Shown here one piece after another: positions 9,251 to 17,409 of a stretch of DNA of 32,000 nucleotides. Position numbers and translations under genes: made by a program. The notes beneath the pieces were generated by a model, which saw only the letters and a program-made list of their open reading frames with translations, ran no database searches and was not told where the DNA came from. The stretch's first letter is position 1, and every line of letters starts with the position of its first letter. Origin of the DNA: Propionibacterium freudenreichii subsp. freudenreichii (lineage in GTDB: Bacteria; Actinomycetota; Actinomycetes; Propionibacteriales; Propionibacteriaceae); NCBI RefSeq assembly GCF_000940845.1, contig NZ_CP010341.1:1560001-1592000 (forward strand), given 5' to 3'.

Positions 9251-11476
9251 TCACTCGTCGTCGGAGTCGTCCTCGTCGAGCACGGGAACCAGTGACAGCT
9301 TGCCGCGATCATCGATGTCGCTGATCTCGACCTGCAGCTTCTGGCCCACGGAGAGCACGTCCTCAACGTTCTCCACACGCTTGCCGTCGTTGAGGGCGCG
9401 CAGCTTGCTGATGTGCAGCAGCCCGTCCTTGCCCGGCAGCAGGGAGATGAATGCGCCGAAGCTGGTCAGCTTCACCACGGTGCCGAGGTAGCGCTCGCCG
9501 CGCTCGGGCATCGTCGGGTTGGCGATCGCATTGATCATCGTGCGTGCGGCCTCGGCGGCATCGCCATTGTCGGCGCCCACGTAAATGGTGCCGTCCTCCT
9601 CGATCGAGATGTTGGCGCCCGTGTCGTCCTGGATCTGGTTGATGACCTTGCCCTTGGGCCCGATCACCTCGCCGATCTTGTCGGTGGGAATGTGCACGGT
9701 GATGATGCGCGGCGCATAGGGGCTCATCTCATCGGGGCTGTCGATCGCATCGTGGATCACGTCGAGGATGGCGTGGCGCGCGTCGCGGGCCTGCAGCAGG
9801 GCAGCGGCCAGCACGTCGGCGGGAATGCCATTCAGCTTCGTGTCGAGCTGCAGCGCCGTGACGAACTCGCTGGTGCCGGCCACCTTGAAGTCCATGTCGC
9901 CCAGGGCGTCCTCGGCTCCCAGGATGTCGGTCAGGGCGAGGTAGCTCGTCTTGCCCGACTCGTCGGTCTCACTCATCAGGCCCATCGCGATACCCGCGAC
10001 CGGGGCCTTGAGCGGAACGCCGGCGTTGAGCAGCGACAGCGTCGAGGCGCAGACCGAACCCATCGAGGTGGAACCGTTCGAACCGATCGCCTCGCTGACC
10101 TGGCGGATCGCGTAGGGGAATTCCTCGCGCGTCGGCAGCACCGGGACGATGGCCCGGGATGCCAGAGCACCATGGCCCACCTCGCGGCGCTTCGGGGAAC
10201 CCACACGACCGGTCTCGCCGGTCGAGTAGGGCGGCATCTCGTATTGGTGCATATAGCGCTTCGTGTGCACCGAGCTCAGGGTGTCGAGCTTCTGCTCCAT
10301 GTCGAGCATGTTCAGCGTGGTGATGCCCAGTACCTGGGTCTCGCCGCGCTGGAACAGTCCGGAACCATGCACGCGCGGGACGACGCCCACCTCGCTGGAC
10401 AGTGCCCGGATGTCCTTGGGGCCACGTCCGTCGATGCGCACGCCCTTGCTGAGCACACGGTCACGCACGATCTTCTTCTCAAGGGCCTTGAAGGCACCGG
10501 CGATCTCGCCCTCGCGGCCCTCGAAGTCCTCCTCGCCCACCATCTGGCCGACGATCTCGTGCTTGAGGTCGCTCTCGGCCTCCTGACGATCCAGCTTGGC
10601 GGCAACCTGCTCGATCTTGTCGAGCTTGTCGTAGCCGAGTTCCTTGACGCGATCCCACACGTCGTCCTCGTATTCCTTGAACACGGGGAAGTCGTAGGTC
10701 TCCTTGTTCACCTGGGCGGCGAGCTCGGCCTGGGCGTCGCACAGCACCTTGATGAAGGGCTTTGCGGCATCCAGTCCGGCGGCCACGACCTCTTCGGTGG
10801 GTGCGGTGCGTCCGCCCTTGACGAGCTCCCAGGTGGCTTCGGTGCCGCCGGCCTCGACCATCATGATGGCGATGTCACCGTCGGGCAGTACACGGCCGGC
10901 AACGACCATCGAGAAGGTTGCGTCCTTCTCCTGGTCGACGGTAGGCAGGCACACCCACTGGTCACCGATGAGGCTGATGCGCACGGCACCGATCGGCCCG
11001 CTGAACGGCAGGCCCGAGATCTGGGTGGACATCGAGGCGGCGTTCATGGCCACCATGTCGTACTCGACCTGCGGGTTGAGCGCCAGGACGGTCACGACCA
11101 CCTGGACCTCGTTGCGCAGGCCCTTCTTGAAGGCGGGACGCAGCGGACGGTCAATCAGGCGACAGGTGAGAATCGCGTTCTCCGAGGGGCGACCCTCGCG
11201 ACGGAAGAAGGAGCCGGGGATACGACCCACGGCATACATCTTCTCTTCGACGTCGACGGTCAGGGGGAAGAAGTCGATCGCTTCGCGCGGCTTCTTCTGT
11301 GCCGTCGTGGTGGACAGCAGCATGCTGTCGCCGTCAAGGTAGACGGCAGCAGCGCCGTCGGCCTGCTGGGCCAGCAGACCGGTTTCGAAACGCATGATGT
11401 GCTTCCCGAACTTGCCATTATCGATAATGGCCTCGGAAAACTTGATGTCAGGTCCCTCCACGGGGATTCCTTTCAT
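9251..11476 (-). CDS. pnp: polyribonucleotide nucleotidyltransferase (PNPase/GpsI)
   Basis: The 741-aa ORF has two RNase PH domains, a KH domain and an S1 domain ([20 protein letters not shown]). The ATG at 11476 has no Shine-Dalgarno. The in-frame GTG at 11461 is preceded by AAAGGAA with 6-nt spacing and may be the true start. Confidence 0.95.
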   Translation of the reverse strand: MKGIPVEGPDIKFSEAIIDNGKFGKHIMRFETGLLAQQADGAAAVYLDGDSMLLSTTTAQKKPREAIDFFPLTVDVEEKMYAVGRIPGSFFRREGRPSENAILTCRLIDRPLRPAFKKGLRNEVQVVVTVLALNPQVEYDMVAMNAASMSTQISGLPFSGPIGAVRISLIGDQWVCLPTVDQEKDATFSMVVAGRVLPDGDIAIMMVEAGGTEATWELVKGGRTAPTEEVVAAGLDAAKPFIKVLCDAQAELAAQVNKETYDFPVFKEYEDDVWDRVKELGYDKLDKIEQVAAKLDRQEAESDLKHEIVGQMVGEEDFEGREGEIAGAFKALEKKIVRDRVLSKGVRIDGRGPKDIRALSSEVGVVPRVHGSGLFQRGETQVLGITTLNMLDMEQKLDTLSSVHTKRYMHQYEMPPYSTGETGRVGSPKRREVGHGALASRAIVPVLPTREEFPYAIRQVSEAIGSNGSTSMGSVCASTLSLLNAGVPLKAPVAGIAMGLMSETDESGKTSYLALTDILGAEDALGDMDFKVAGTSEFVTALQLDTKLNGIPADVLAAALLQARDARHAILDVIHDAIDSPDEMSPYAPRIITVHIPTDKIGEVIGPKGKVINQIQDDTGANISIEEDGTIYVGADNGDAAEAARTMINAIANPTMPERGERYLGTVVKLTSFGAFISLLPGKDGLLHISKLRALNDGKRVENVEDVLSVGQKLQVEISDIDDRGKLSLVPVLDEDDSDDE

Positions 11477-11526
11477 TGGGGAATAGCCGCTGGCATGGGC
11501 GCCTCACAGTGCCGGTCTTCGATCGA

Positions 11527-11551
11527 GGACAGCGGGGCGTGCCCGCAGTCC
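11527..11551 (-). promoter_or_regulatory. hairpin in the pnp 5' leader
   Basis: GGACAGCGGG-gcgtg-CCCGCAGTCC pairs at 9 of 10 positions. It lies 50-75 nt upstream of the pnp start. Confidence 0.3.
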
Positions 11552-11705
11552 ACCACCGAGGACCGAGGCCTGGGCTGGCGACCATGACGGCAGCGTCTGG
11601 ACGGTGTGCGCAAGGCACAACTTCGACAAGCCTACCCGAACATGCAGCCTGAGTACGCTTTGTGCGTTTCGGACGCATGAATGGTCGGCGGCCGGCAGGA
11701 GAACA

Positions 11706-11739
11706 AGGAAGGGCCGCCCCAGCTGGGGCAACCCTTCCT
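11706..11739 (-). terminator. hairpin downstream of rpsO (terminator/attenuator candidate)
   Basis: AGGAAGGG-cc-GCCCC-agct-GGGGC-aa-CCCTTCCT forms an 8+5 bp stem with an internal 2x2 mismatch. It lies about 45 nt after the rpsO stop and is followed on the minus strand by TGTTCTCCT. Confidence 0.5.
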
Positions 11740-11785
11740 GCCAGGTTTCCGGATGTCCAGTTCCTGAATGTCTGGTTTGTGGCTG

Positions 11786-12049
11786 TCAGCGACGAATACC
11801 AAGGCGCTTGACGAGATCACGGTAGTGCTCGACATTCTCCTTGGCCACATAGTTGAGCAGGCGGCGGCGCTGGCCGACCATGAGCATCAGGCCACGACGG
11901 CTGTGATGGTCACCTTTGTGCACCTTGAGGTGCTCGGTCAGGTGCGAAATGCGCTTGGTCAGCAGTGCAACCTGCACATCGGGGGAACCAGTGTCACCCG
12001 GGTGCGTCGCGTATTCTTCGACGATCTTCTTCTTCTCTTCGGCGTCCAT
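11786..12049 (-). CDS. rpsO: 30S ribosomal protein S15
   Basis: The 87-aa ORF carries the canonical S15 sequence ([50 protein letters not shown]). An AAGGGAG Shine-Dalgarno lies upstream. Confidence 0.95.
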   Translation of the reverse strand: MDAEEKKKIVEEYATHPGDTGSPDVQVALLTKRISHLTEHLKVHKGDHHSRRGLMLMVGQRRRLLNYVAKENVEHYRDLVKRLGIRR

Positions 12050-12146
12050 GACTGGTCGCTCCCTTCAGTTCCCGCTGCGCGGCGCTGCCCTACCCTGTGT
12101 GTTGGCAGCCCTTGGTACTCCGCGGCCGATCGACGGCAACCCGGCG

Positions 12147-12152
12147 ACTATA
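12147..12152 (-). promoter_or_regulatory. candidate -10 hexamer TATAGT for rpsO, abutting the ribF stop
   Basis: The reverse strand reads TGA-TATAGT-CGCCGGG..., which would give a 5' UTR of about 90 nt containing a GCTGCC...GGCAGC hairpin. The call rests on the motif only. Confidence 0.3.
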
Positions 12153-13130
12153 TCAGTCCCGTTGCGCCGACCAGGAATCAGCCGGGATCCCCGCGCCGGT
12201 CACACCTGCCGTGGGACGTGTCGCGTCCAGTACCTCCCGGGTGCGCTTGACGTCGGAATGCATCTGGGTGATGAGCTCGTCGATGTCATGGAAGCGCGCC
12301 ATCCCGCGCAGGTGTTCGACGAAGTCGACCGCGATGTGGCGCCCGTACAGGTGCAGGTCGGTGCGGTCGACGACATAGCTCTCGACGCGACGCTCCACCC
12401 CGTCGAAGGTGGGATTGGTCCCGACGCTGATCGCGGCCTCGAGTGGCTCGGCGTCCGGCTCGTCCAGGGGCGTCAGCCACCCGGCATAGACCCCATCGCC
12501 GGGCGTGGCCAGTTCCGCCGAGATGGCCAGGTTCGCCGTGGGGAATCCGAGGGTGTGCCCGCGCTGGTCGCCGACCATCACCACGCCGGTGACGCGGAAG
12601 GTGCGTCCCAGGTGATGTGCCGCGGTGGCCACGTCGCCGGCGGCCAGGGTGCGCCGGATGAAGCTGGAGGAGGTCTTGCGTCCCCCCACCGAGACCAGCC
12701 CCAGGTTCTGCACCTCGAAATCGCCGCCCGACAATTCCCGCAGCGTCTCACCGGTGCCCCGGGCCCCCTTGCCGAAGGTGAAGTTGGCCCCGACGATCAC
12801 CACGGCCGGGTTCAGAGGGCGCACCATCGTGTCCACGAAGCGTTCGGGCGACCAACTGGCGACCTCGCGATTGAACTGGATCACCCGCACCTCATCGGCA
12901 CCGTAGTGCCTCAGGAGCCGAAGGCGATCGTCCAGGGTGGTGAGCAGTCGTGGCGCACGATCAGCGGCGAAGACCGTCATCGGATGTGGCCACAGTGTCA
13001 CCGCAATCACCTTGAGGTCCCGTCCACCCTCGGCGAGGGTGTGGGCCCGCTCCCGGGCAACCTGCAAGAGCCGCTGATGCCCCTGATGCACCCCGTCGAA
13101 GTTGCCGATGACGACGACGCTATGTGGCAT
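12153..13130 (-). CDS. ribF: bifunctional riboflavin kinase / FMN adenylyltransferase
   Basis: The protein is 325 aa from the ATG at 13130, with a GGAAAGGGA Shine-Dalgarno 5 nt upstream. It has the FAD synthetase motif IGNFDGVHQGH and a C-terminal riboflavin kinase domain (GFPTANL ... VSVGTNPTF). The ORF-track extension to 13268 has no support. Confidence 0.93.
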   Translation of the reverse strand: MPHSVVVIGNFDGVHQGHQRLLQVARERAHTLAEGGRDLKVIAVTLWPHPMTVFAADRAPRLLTTLDDRLRLLRHYGADEVRVIQFNREVASWSPERFVDTMVRPLNPAVVIVGANFTFGKGARGTGETLRELSGGDFEVQNLGLVSVGGRKTSSSFIRRTLAAGDVATAAHHLGRTFRVTGVVMVGDQRGHTLGFPTANLAISAELATPGDGVYAGWLTPLDEPDAEPLEAAISVGTNPTFDGVERRVESYVVDRTDLHLYGRHIAVDFVEHLRGMARFHDIDELITQMHSDVKRTREVLDATRPTAGVTGAGIPADSWSAQRD

Positions 13131-13317
13131 CGAGTCCCTTTCCCGTGGGGTGAAGTCCGCGCCGGTCACGACGACCGGCCCCGCAAAGTCTAGACGCTGG
13201 TCCCGGCAACCTGCTGTGCGCGTTTCACGCTCCGCGGACCCCCGGCGGGCGGGGTGCATGCCCCGCACCGATCAATCGGGATACCGTCCATCCGTGAACG
13301 TGGACCCCATGGACATG

Positions 13318-13355
13318 CTGCGGGGCGGGAGGGTTCGAACCCTCCCGCCCCGCAG
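13318..13355 (-). terminator. perfect 38-nt palindrome downstream of glpK (terminator candidate)
   Basis: CTGCGGGGCGGGAGGGT-tcga-ACCCTCCCGCCCCGCAG forms a 17-bp perfect stem about 100 nt after the glpK stop and about 190 nt upstream of ribF. The core is GGTTCGAACC. Confidence 0.55.
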
Positions 13356-13410
13356 CGGATCCATGCCGTATCAGGCCACTTCGGCGCCGGACCACCACCG
13401 TGTTAGGAAA

Positions 13411-13439
13411 GTACGGCGTCAGGTAAGTACGGCGTCAGG
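13411..13439. repeat. 13-nt direct repeat x2 (GTACGGCGTCAGG, 3-nt spacer)
   Basis: GTACGGCGTCAGG-taa-GTACGGCGTCAGG lies just downstream of the glpK stop. It partly overlaps a small hairpin, AGGCC-acgat-GGCCT (13437-13451). Confidence 0.8.
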
Positions 13440-13455
13440 CCACGATGGCCTCAGC

Positions 13456-14982
13456 TCATTCGACAACGTCGTCGTCGACCCAGTCGAAGGTCTTGGTGAC
13501 GGCCTTCTTCCAGTTGCGGAACAGGCGATCGCGCTCCTCGGCGTCCATCGTCGGCTCCCAGCGCTTCTCCTCCGCCCAGTTGTCGATGACGTCCTGCTCG
13601 CCTTCCCAGAAGCCCACGGCGATGCCGGCTGCGTAGGCGGCACCCAGGGCCGTGGTCTCGGCGACCACGGGACGCACCACCGGCACGCCCACCTGGTCGG
13701 CCTGGAACTCCATGAGCAGCTCGTTGGCGGTCATGCCGCCGTCGACCTTGAGCTCCTGCAGCGGAACACCGGAGTCGGCGTTCATGGCCTCAAGCACCTC
13801 GCGGGTCTGGTAGGCCGTGGCCTCCAGGACCGCACGGGCGATGTGTCCACGATTGACATAGCGGGTGAGGCCCACCAGCGCACCACGGGCATCGGAGCGC
13901 CAGTAGGGAGCGAACAGACCGGAGAAGGCGGGCACGAAGTAGGCGCCACCGTTCGTCTTGACGCTGCGCGCCAGCGGCTCGATCTCCGGGGCGGTCTCGA
14001 TCATCTTCAGGTTGTCACGCAGCCACTGCACCAGCGACCCCGCCACGGCGATGGAACCCTCCAGGGCGTAGACCTGCGGCTGGTCACCGATCTTGTAGGC
14101 CACGGTGGTCAGCAGGCCGTTCTCGGAGAAGACCGGCTCATTGCCGGTGTTCATCAGCATGAAGCAACCGGTGCCGTAGGTGTTCTTGGCCATGCCCTTC
14201 TCGAAGCAGGCCTGGCCGAAGGTGGCCGCCTGCTGGTCGCCGAGGATGCCGGCGACGGGGGTGTCGATGAGCAGGCCGTTCTTGCGGCCGTAGCCGTAGA
14301 TCTCACTGGAGGACTTGATCTCGGGCAGCATCGACATGGGAATCCCCATGGCCTCGCACATGCCCTCGTCCCACTGCAGCGTGCGCACGTTCATGAGCAT
14401 GGTGCGCGAGGCATTCGTGACGTCGGTGACGTGGACGCCGCCGCCGAGCAGGCCGCCGGTCAGGTTCCACAGCACCCAGCTGTCCATGTTGCCGAAGGCC
14501 AGCTTGCCGGCCTCCGCCTTCTCGCGGGCCTCGGGCACATTGTCGAGGATCCACTTGATCTTCGGACCGGAGAAATAGGTGGCCAGGGGCAGTCCGACGA
14601 TGTCCTTGTAACGGTCGGCGCCCTGGTCGCCGGCCAGTTCGTCACAGATCTCCTGGGTGCGGGTGTCCTGCCACACGATCGCGTTGTAGATCGGCTCACC
14701 GGTCTCGCGGTCCCACACCACTGTGGTCTCGCGCTGGTTTGTTATGCCGACCGCGGCGATCTGGTGACGGTTCATCTCGCCGGCGGACAGCGCCTGCCCG
14801 ACGACCGCGCGCACGGCATCCCAGATCTCGATGGGATTGTGCTCGACCCACCCGGCTTTGGGGAGGATCTGCGAGAACTCCTGCTGACCCACCGACACGA
14901 TGTGGCCGGAATGGTCGAAGATGATCGCCCTGGCGGACGTGGTTCCCTCATCGATGGCGAGAATGTACTTCTCTTGACTCAT
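13456..14982 (-). CDS. glpK: glycerol kinase
   Basis: The 508-aa ORF has the FGGY kinase N-terminus ([18 protein letters not shown]) and conserved GlpK blocks throughout ([32 protein letters not shown]). Confidence 0.96.
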   Translation of the reverse strand: MSQEKYILAIDEGTTSARAIIFDHSGHIVSVGQQEFSQILPKAGWVEHNPIEIWDAVRAVVGQALSAGEMNRHQIAAVGITNQRETTVVWDRETGEPIYNAIVWQDTRTQEICDELAGDQGADRYKDIVGLPLATYFSGPKIKWILDNVPEAREKAEAGKLAFGNMDSWVLWNLTGGLLGGGVHVTDVTNASRTMLMNVRTLQWDEGMCEAMGIPMSMLPEIKSSSEIYGYGRKNGLLIDTPVAGILGDQQAATFGQACFEKGMAKNTYGTGCFMLMNTGNEPVFSENGLLTTVAYKIGDQPQVYALEGSIAVAGSLVQWLRDNLKMIETAPEIEPLARSVKTNGGAYFVPAFSGLFAPYWRSDARGALVGLTRYVNRGHIARAVLEATAYQTREVLEAMNADSGVPLQELKVDGGMTANELLMEFQADQVGVPVVRPVVAETTALGAAYAAGIAVGFWEGEQDVIDNWAEEKRWEPTMDAEERDRLFRNWKKAVTKTFDWVDDDVVE

Positions 14983-15039
14983 GGTTAAACCTCAATTGGC
15001 TAGCTGGAACACACAGTTGGAATGAGCATACGGAAGGTC

Positions 15040-15831
15040 TCACCAGAACAGCTGGTAGGTGAGGCCGGCGGCGATGCCACCCGCCAGGGGTGCGATGACC
15101 GGGACCCACGAGTAGGACCAGTCGGAGCCGCCCTTGCCCTTGATGGGCAGGATGGCGTGGGCGATACGCGGCGACAGGTCTCGTGCCGGGTTGATGGCGT
15201 ATCCGGTGGGTCCGCCCAGTGAGTTACCGATGCCGACGATGACCAACATGACGCCGAGGGGGCCGATCAGGGTACCGGTGACATTGCTGATGCCGGTCGA
15301 ATCGATGGTGATGCTTGCGATGTTGGTGTAGCCCGACAGGATGACCCAGATGACCAGCACCCACGTGCCGATGAACTCGACCAGGAAGTTCCAGCCGTAG
15401 GCACGGATCGCAGGTGCGGTGCAGAAGGTACCCAGCTTGTCGCCGGGCTCCCCGGGCTCGTCGTAGTGGCGCTTGTAGACCAACCAGGCCAGGACGGCAC
15501 CGCAGAAGCCGCCCAACATCTGGGCGACGATATACAACATGATGTTGGTGCCGGTGGCGGGGATGCCGGCTGCCAGTGGCTTACCGCCGGCCCACAGGCC
15601 GAGCGTGACGGCAGGGTTCAGGTGGCCGCCGGTGCGGTAGGCGCCGTAGACGCCGATCATGACCGCAATACCCCAGCCCCAGTTGATGAACTGTGGTCCT
15701 CCGGCATGTCCCTTCGTCTTGGCGAGTAACGCGTTGGCAACCACACCAACACCGAGCATCGTAAGAAGCATCGTGCCCAAGAACTCCGAACCGAAGATCT
15801 GGGCCGATGTCACAGTTTGTAACAGAAGCAT
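15040..15831 (-). CDS. glpF: glycerol uptake facilitator (MIP/aquaglyceroporin)
   Basis: The protein is 263 aa from the ATG at 15831, with a GGAGGGAG Shine-Dalgarno 7 nt upstream. It has two NPA boxes (GGHLNPAVT and YAINPARDLSPR) and six hydrophobic segments. It lies 57 nt upstream of glpK. Confidence 0.92.
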   Translation of the reverse strand: MLLLQTVTSAQIFGSEFLGTMLLTMLGVGVVANALLAKTKGHAGGPQFINWGWGIAVMIGVYGAYRTGGHLNPAVTLGLWAGGKPLAAGIPATGTNIMLYIVAQMLGGFCGAVLAWLVYKRHYDEPGEPGDKLGTFCTAPAIRAYGWNFLVEFIGTWVLVIWVILSGYTNIASITIDSTGISNVTGTLIGPLGVMLVIVGIGNSLGGPTGYAINPARDLSPRIAHAILPIKGKGGSDWSYSWVPVIAPLAGGIAAGLTYQLFW

Positions 15832-15861
15832 GAGAGCTCCCTCCACACATCGTCGTGAATG

Positions 15862-15883
15862 CCAATCCCGGACGTGGGATTGG
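15862..15883. promoter_or_regulatory. perfect 8-bp inverted repeat upstream of glpF (operator or 5'-UTR hairpin candidate)
   Basis: CCAATCCC-ggacgt-GGGATTGG lies 31-52 nt upstream of the glpF ATG. No regulator gene is visible in the window. Confidence 0.3.
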
Positions 15884-16075
15884 TGAGGGTGAGCCGGATT
15901 CCAGCGACACTGATCGGAAACCGACAGCTATCAGCTTCCCGCACCCGATTGCGATGCACGACCGATATGCACATGCGTCCATCGCCGATTCACGTGTTTG
16001 GGAGTGATTGCGTTGACATCGGCGTGTCGAACCGTCAGGGGCCGCGGGGCGGCGCGGATCGCGGTGCGGGCTGCC

Positions 16076-16972
16076 TCAGATGAGGACGGCCGCCGGGCGT
16101 GCCCGGCCGACCCGCTCATCGGGCCGGTAGAGGGCGACCAACTCCCCCTGCTCGTCGACCAGGCCCGCGAGCGGACCGGGCAGCACCAGGTCGAGGGGCT
16201 TGCCGTAGCCCACGGCCTGTCGTTGCGCGGCGTCGATGTGGACCACCGGGAAGCTCAGCTCGGCGGCGCGCGCCATGGGCATCAGGGGCGGCGCGGGCTG
16301 GTCGGAATCCCGGTCGGGAAGCTGGACCGCGTCGTCGATCAGGTAGCGACCGATCCGCGTGCGGCGCAGCGCGGTCAGGTGTCCACCGACCCCCAGGCCC
16401 GCCCCGAGGTCACGCGCCAGCGCACGGACATAGGTGCCCGAGGTGCACTCGACGGTGACGTCCAGGTCGATGAAGGGTCCCTCGCGCCGGGTGGCCAGCA
16501 CCGTGAAATCACTCACTGTCACCCGTCGGGCGGCCAGTGTCACGTCCTGTCCCTTGCGCACCAGCGCATAGGCCCGCTGGCCATTCACCTTGATGGCGGA
16601 CACCGAGCTCGGGACCTGGTCGATCTGTCCGGTCAGCCCGGCGATGCCGGCATTGACCTGCTCGTCCTCCACCCCGGAGGCATCGGTCTGCGCGACGACC
16701 TCGCCCTCGGCGTCGTCGGTGGTGGTGGACGCGCCAAGCCGGATGGTGGCCAGATAGCGCTTGTCGTGCATGGCGAGGTGTCCCAGCAGCCTCGTGGCAC
16801 GGTTCACCCCGACGATGAGCACGCCGGTGGCCATGGGGTCGAGCGTGCCGGCATGGCCCACCTTGCGGGTGCCCAGGAGATGCCGACACCGGCCGACCAC
16901 CTGCTGAGAGGTGAGGCCGGCCGGCTTGTCGACGATCAACAGCCCGGAGGCCGTGTTGTCAGGGCGATTCAC
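16076..16972 (-). CDS. truB: tRNA pseudouridine(55) synthase
   Basis: The 298-aa ORF has the catalytic motif [19 protein letters not shown]. Its start overlaps the rbfA stop by 4 nt (ATGA). Confidence 0.95.
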   Translation of the reverse strand: MNRPDNTASGLLIVDKPAGLTSQQVVGRCRHLLGTRKVGHAGTLDPMATGVLIVGVNRATRLLGHLAMHDKRYLATIRLGASTTTDDAEGEVVAQTDASGVEDEQVNAGIAGLTGQIDQVPSSVSAIKVNGQRAYALVRKGQDVTLAARRVTVSDFTVLATRREGPFIDLDVTVECTSGTYVRALARDLGAGLGVGGHLTALRRTRIGRYLIDDAVQLPDRDSDQPAPPLMPMARAAELSFPVVHIDAAQRQAVGYGKPLDLVLPGPLAGLVDEQGELVALYRPDERVGRARPAAVLI

Positions 16973-17409
16973 TCCTGCTCGTCGTCCTGTGGTGCTTCAT
17001 CATCCTGACGGTAGGGATCCGGCTCGGAGGCATAGTCATGCCCCTTGCGCGAGGCCAGCTCCTCGTCGGACTTGCGGGCCCGGGCGATCAGTTCCTCCAT
17101 GTCCTGCGCGGTCTGGGAGGTGGCGTCCGGCACGAAGTCAAGCGTCGGTGCGTAGCGCAGTCCGAGTCGCTTGCCCACTGTCGAGCGGAGCAGGCCCTTG
17201 GCCGACTCCAGCGCCGCAGCGGTGGCGACCAGGTCGTCCTCCTTGCCCATCACCGTGTAGAAGACGGTGGCCTCCCGCGCATCACCGGTCAGGCGCACAT
17301 CGGTAATCGTGACGAACCCGAGCCTGGGATCCTTGATGCGCGATTGGAGCATCTGGGCAACAATGACGCGAATCTGATCCTGCAGCCGGGCAATACGCGG
17401 GTTGGCCAT
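16969..17409 (-). CDS. rbfA: ribosome-binding factor A
   Basis: The 146-aa ORF has the KH-like RbfA core (RIARLQDQIRVIVAQML...DPRLGFVTITDVRLTGDAREATVFYTV) and an acidic C-terminal tail. Its start overlaps the infB stop by 1 nt (TAATG). Confidence 0.93.
   Translation of the reverse strand: MANPRIARLQDQIRVIVAQMLQSRIKDPRLGFVTITDVRLTGDAREATVFYTVMGKEDDLVATAAALESAKGLLRSTVGKRLGLRYAPTLDFVPDATSQTAQDMEELIARARKSDEELASRKGHDYASEPDPYRQDDEAPQDDEQE

Noticed and set aside
9413-11587. A 724-aa ORF on the plus strand, one of a class of very long antisense ORFs. Others are 47-1054, 3037-4203, 13102-14988, 17604-19343, 24195-26672 and 28352-30340.
   Set aside because: Each lies exactly antisense to a gene with unmistakable conserved motifs (pnp, yceD/coaD, recG, glpK, infB, proS/GNAT, dxr/rlmN). 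Their translations are Arg/Gly/His/Asp-rich with no recognisable domain. Long stop-free antisense frames are expected in GC-rich DNA, so these are shadow ORFs.
13318-13355. Possible tRNA gene or pseudogene, because of the GGTTCGAACC T-loop motif flanked by an acceptor-like GCGGGGC/GCCCCGC stem.
   Set aside because: There is no D-arm, anticodon arm or variable region. The element is a perfect 38-nt palindrome, so I annotated it as a terminator-type hairpin. The resemblance is kept as a low-interest finding only.
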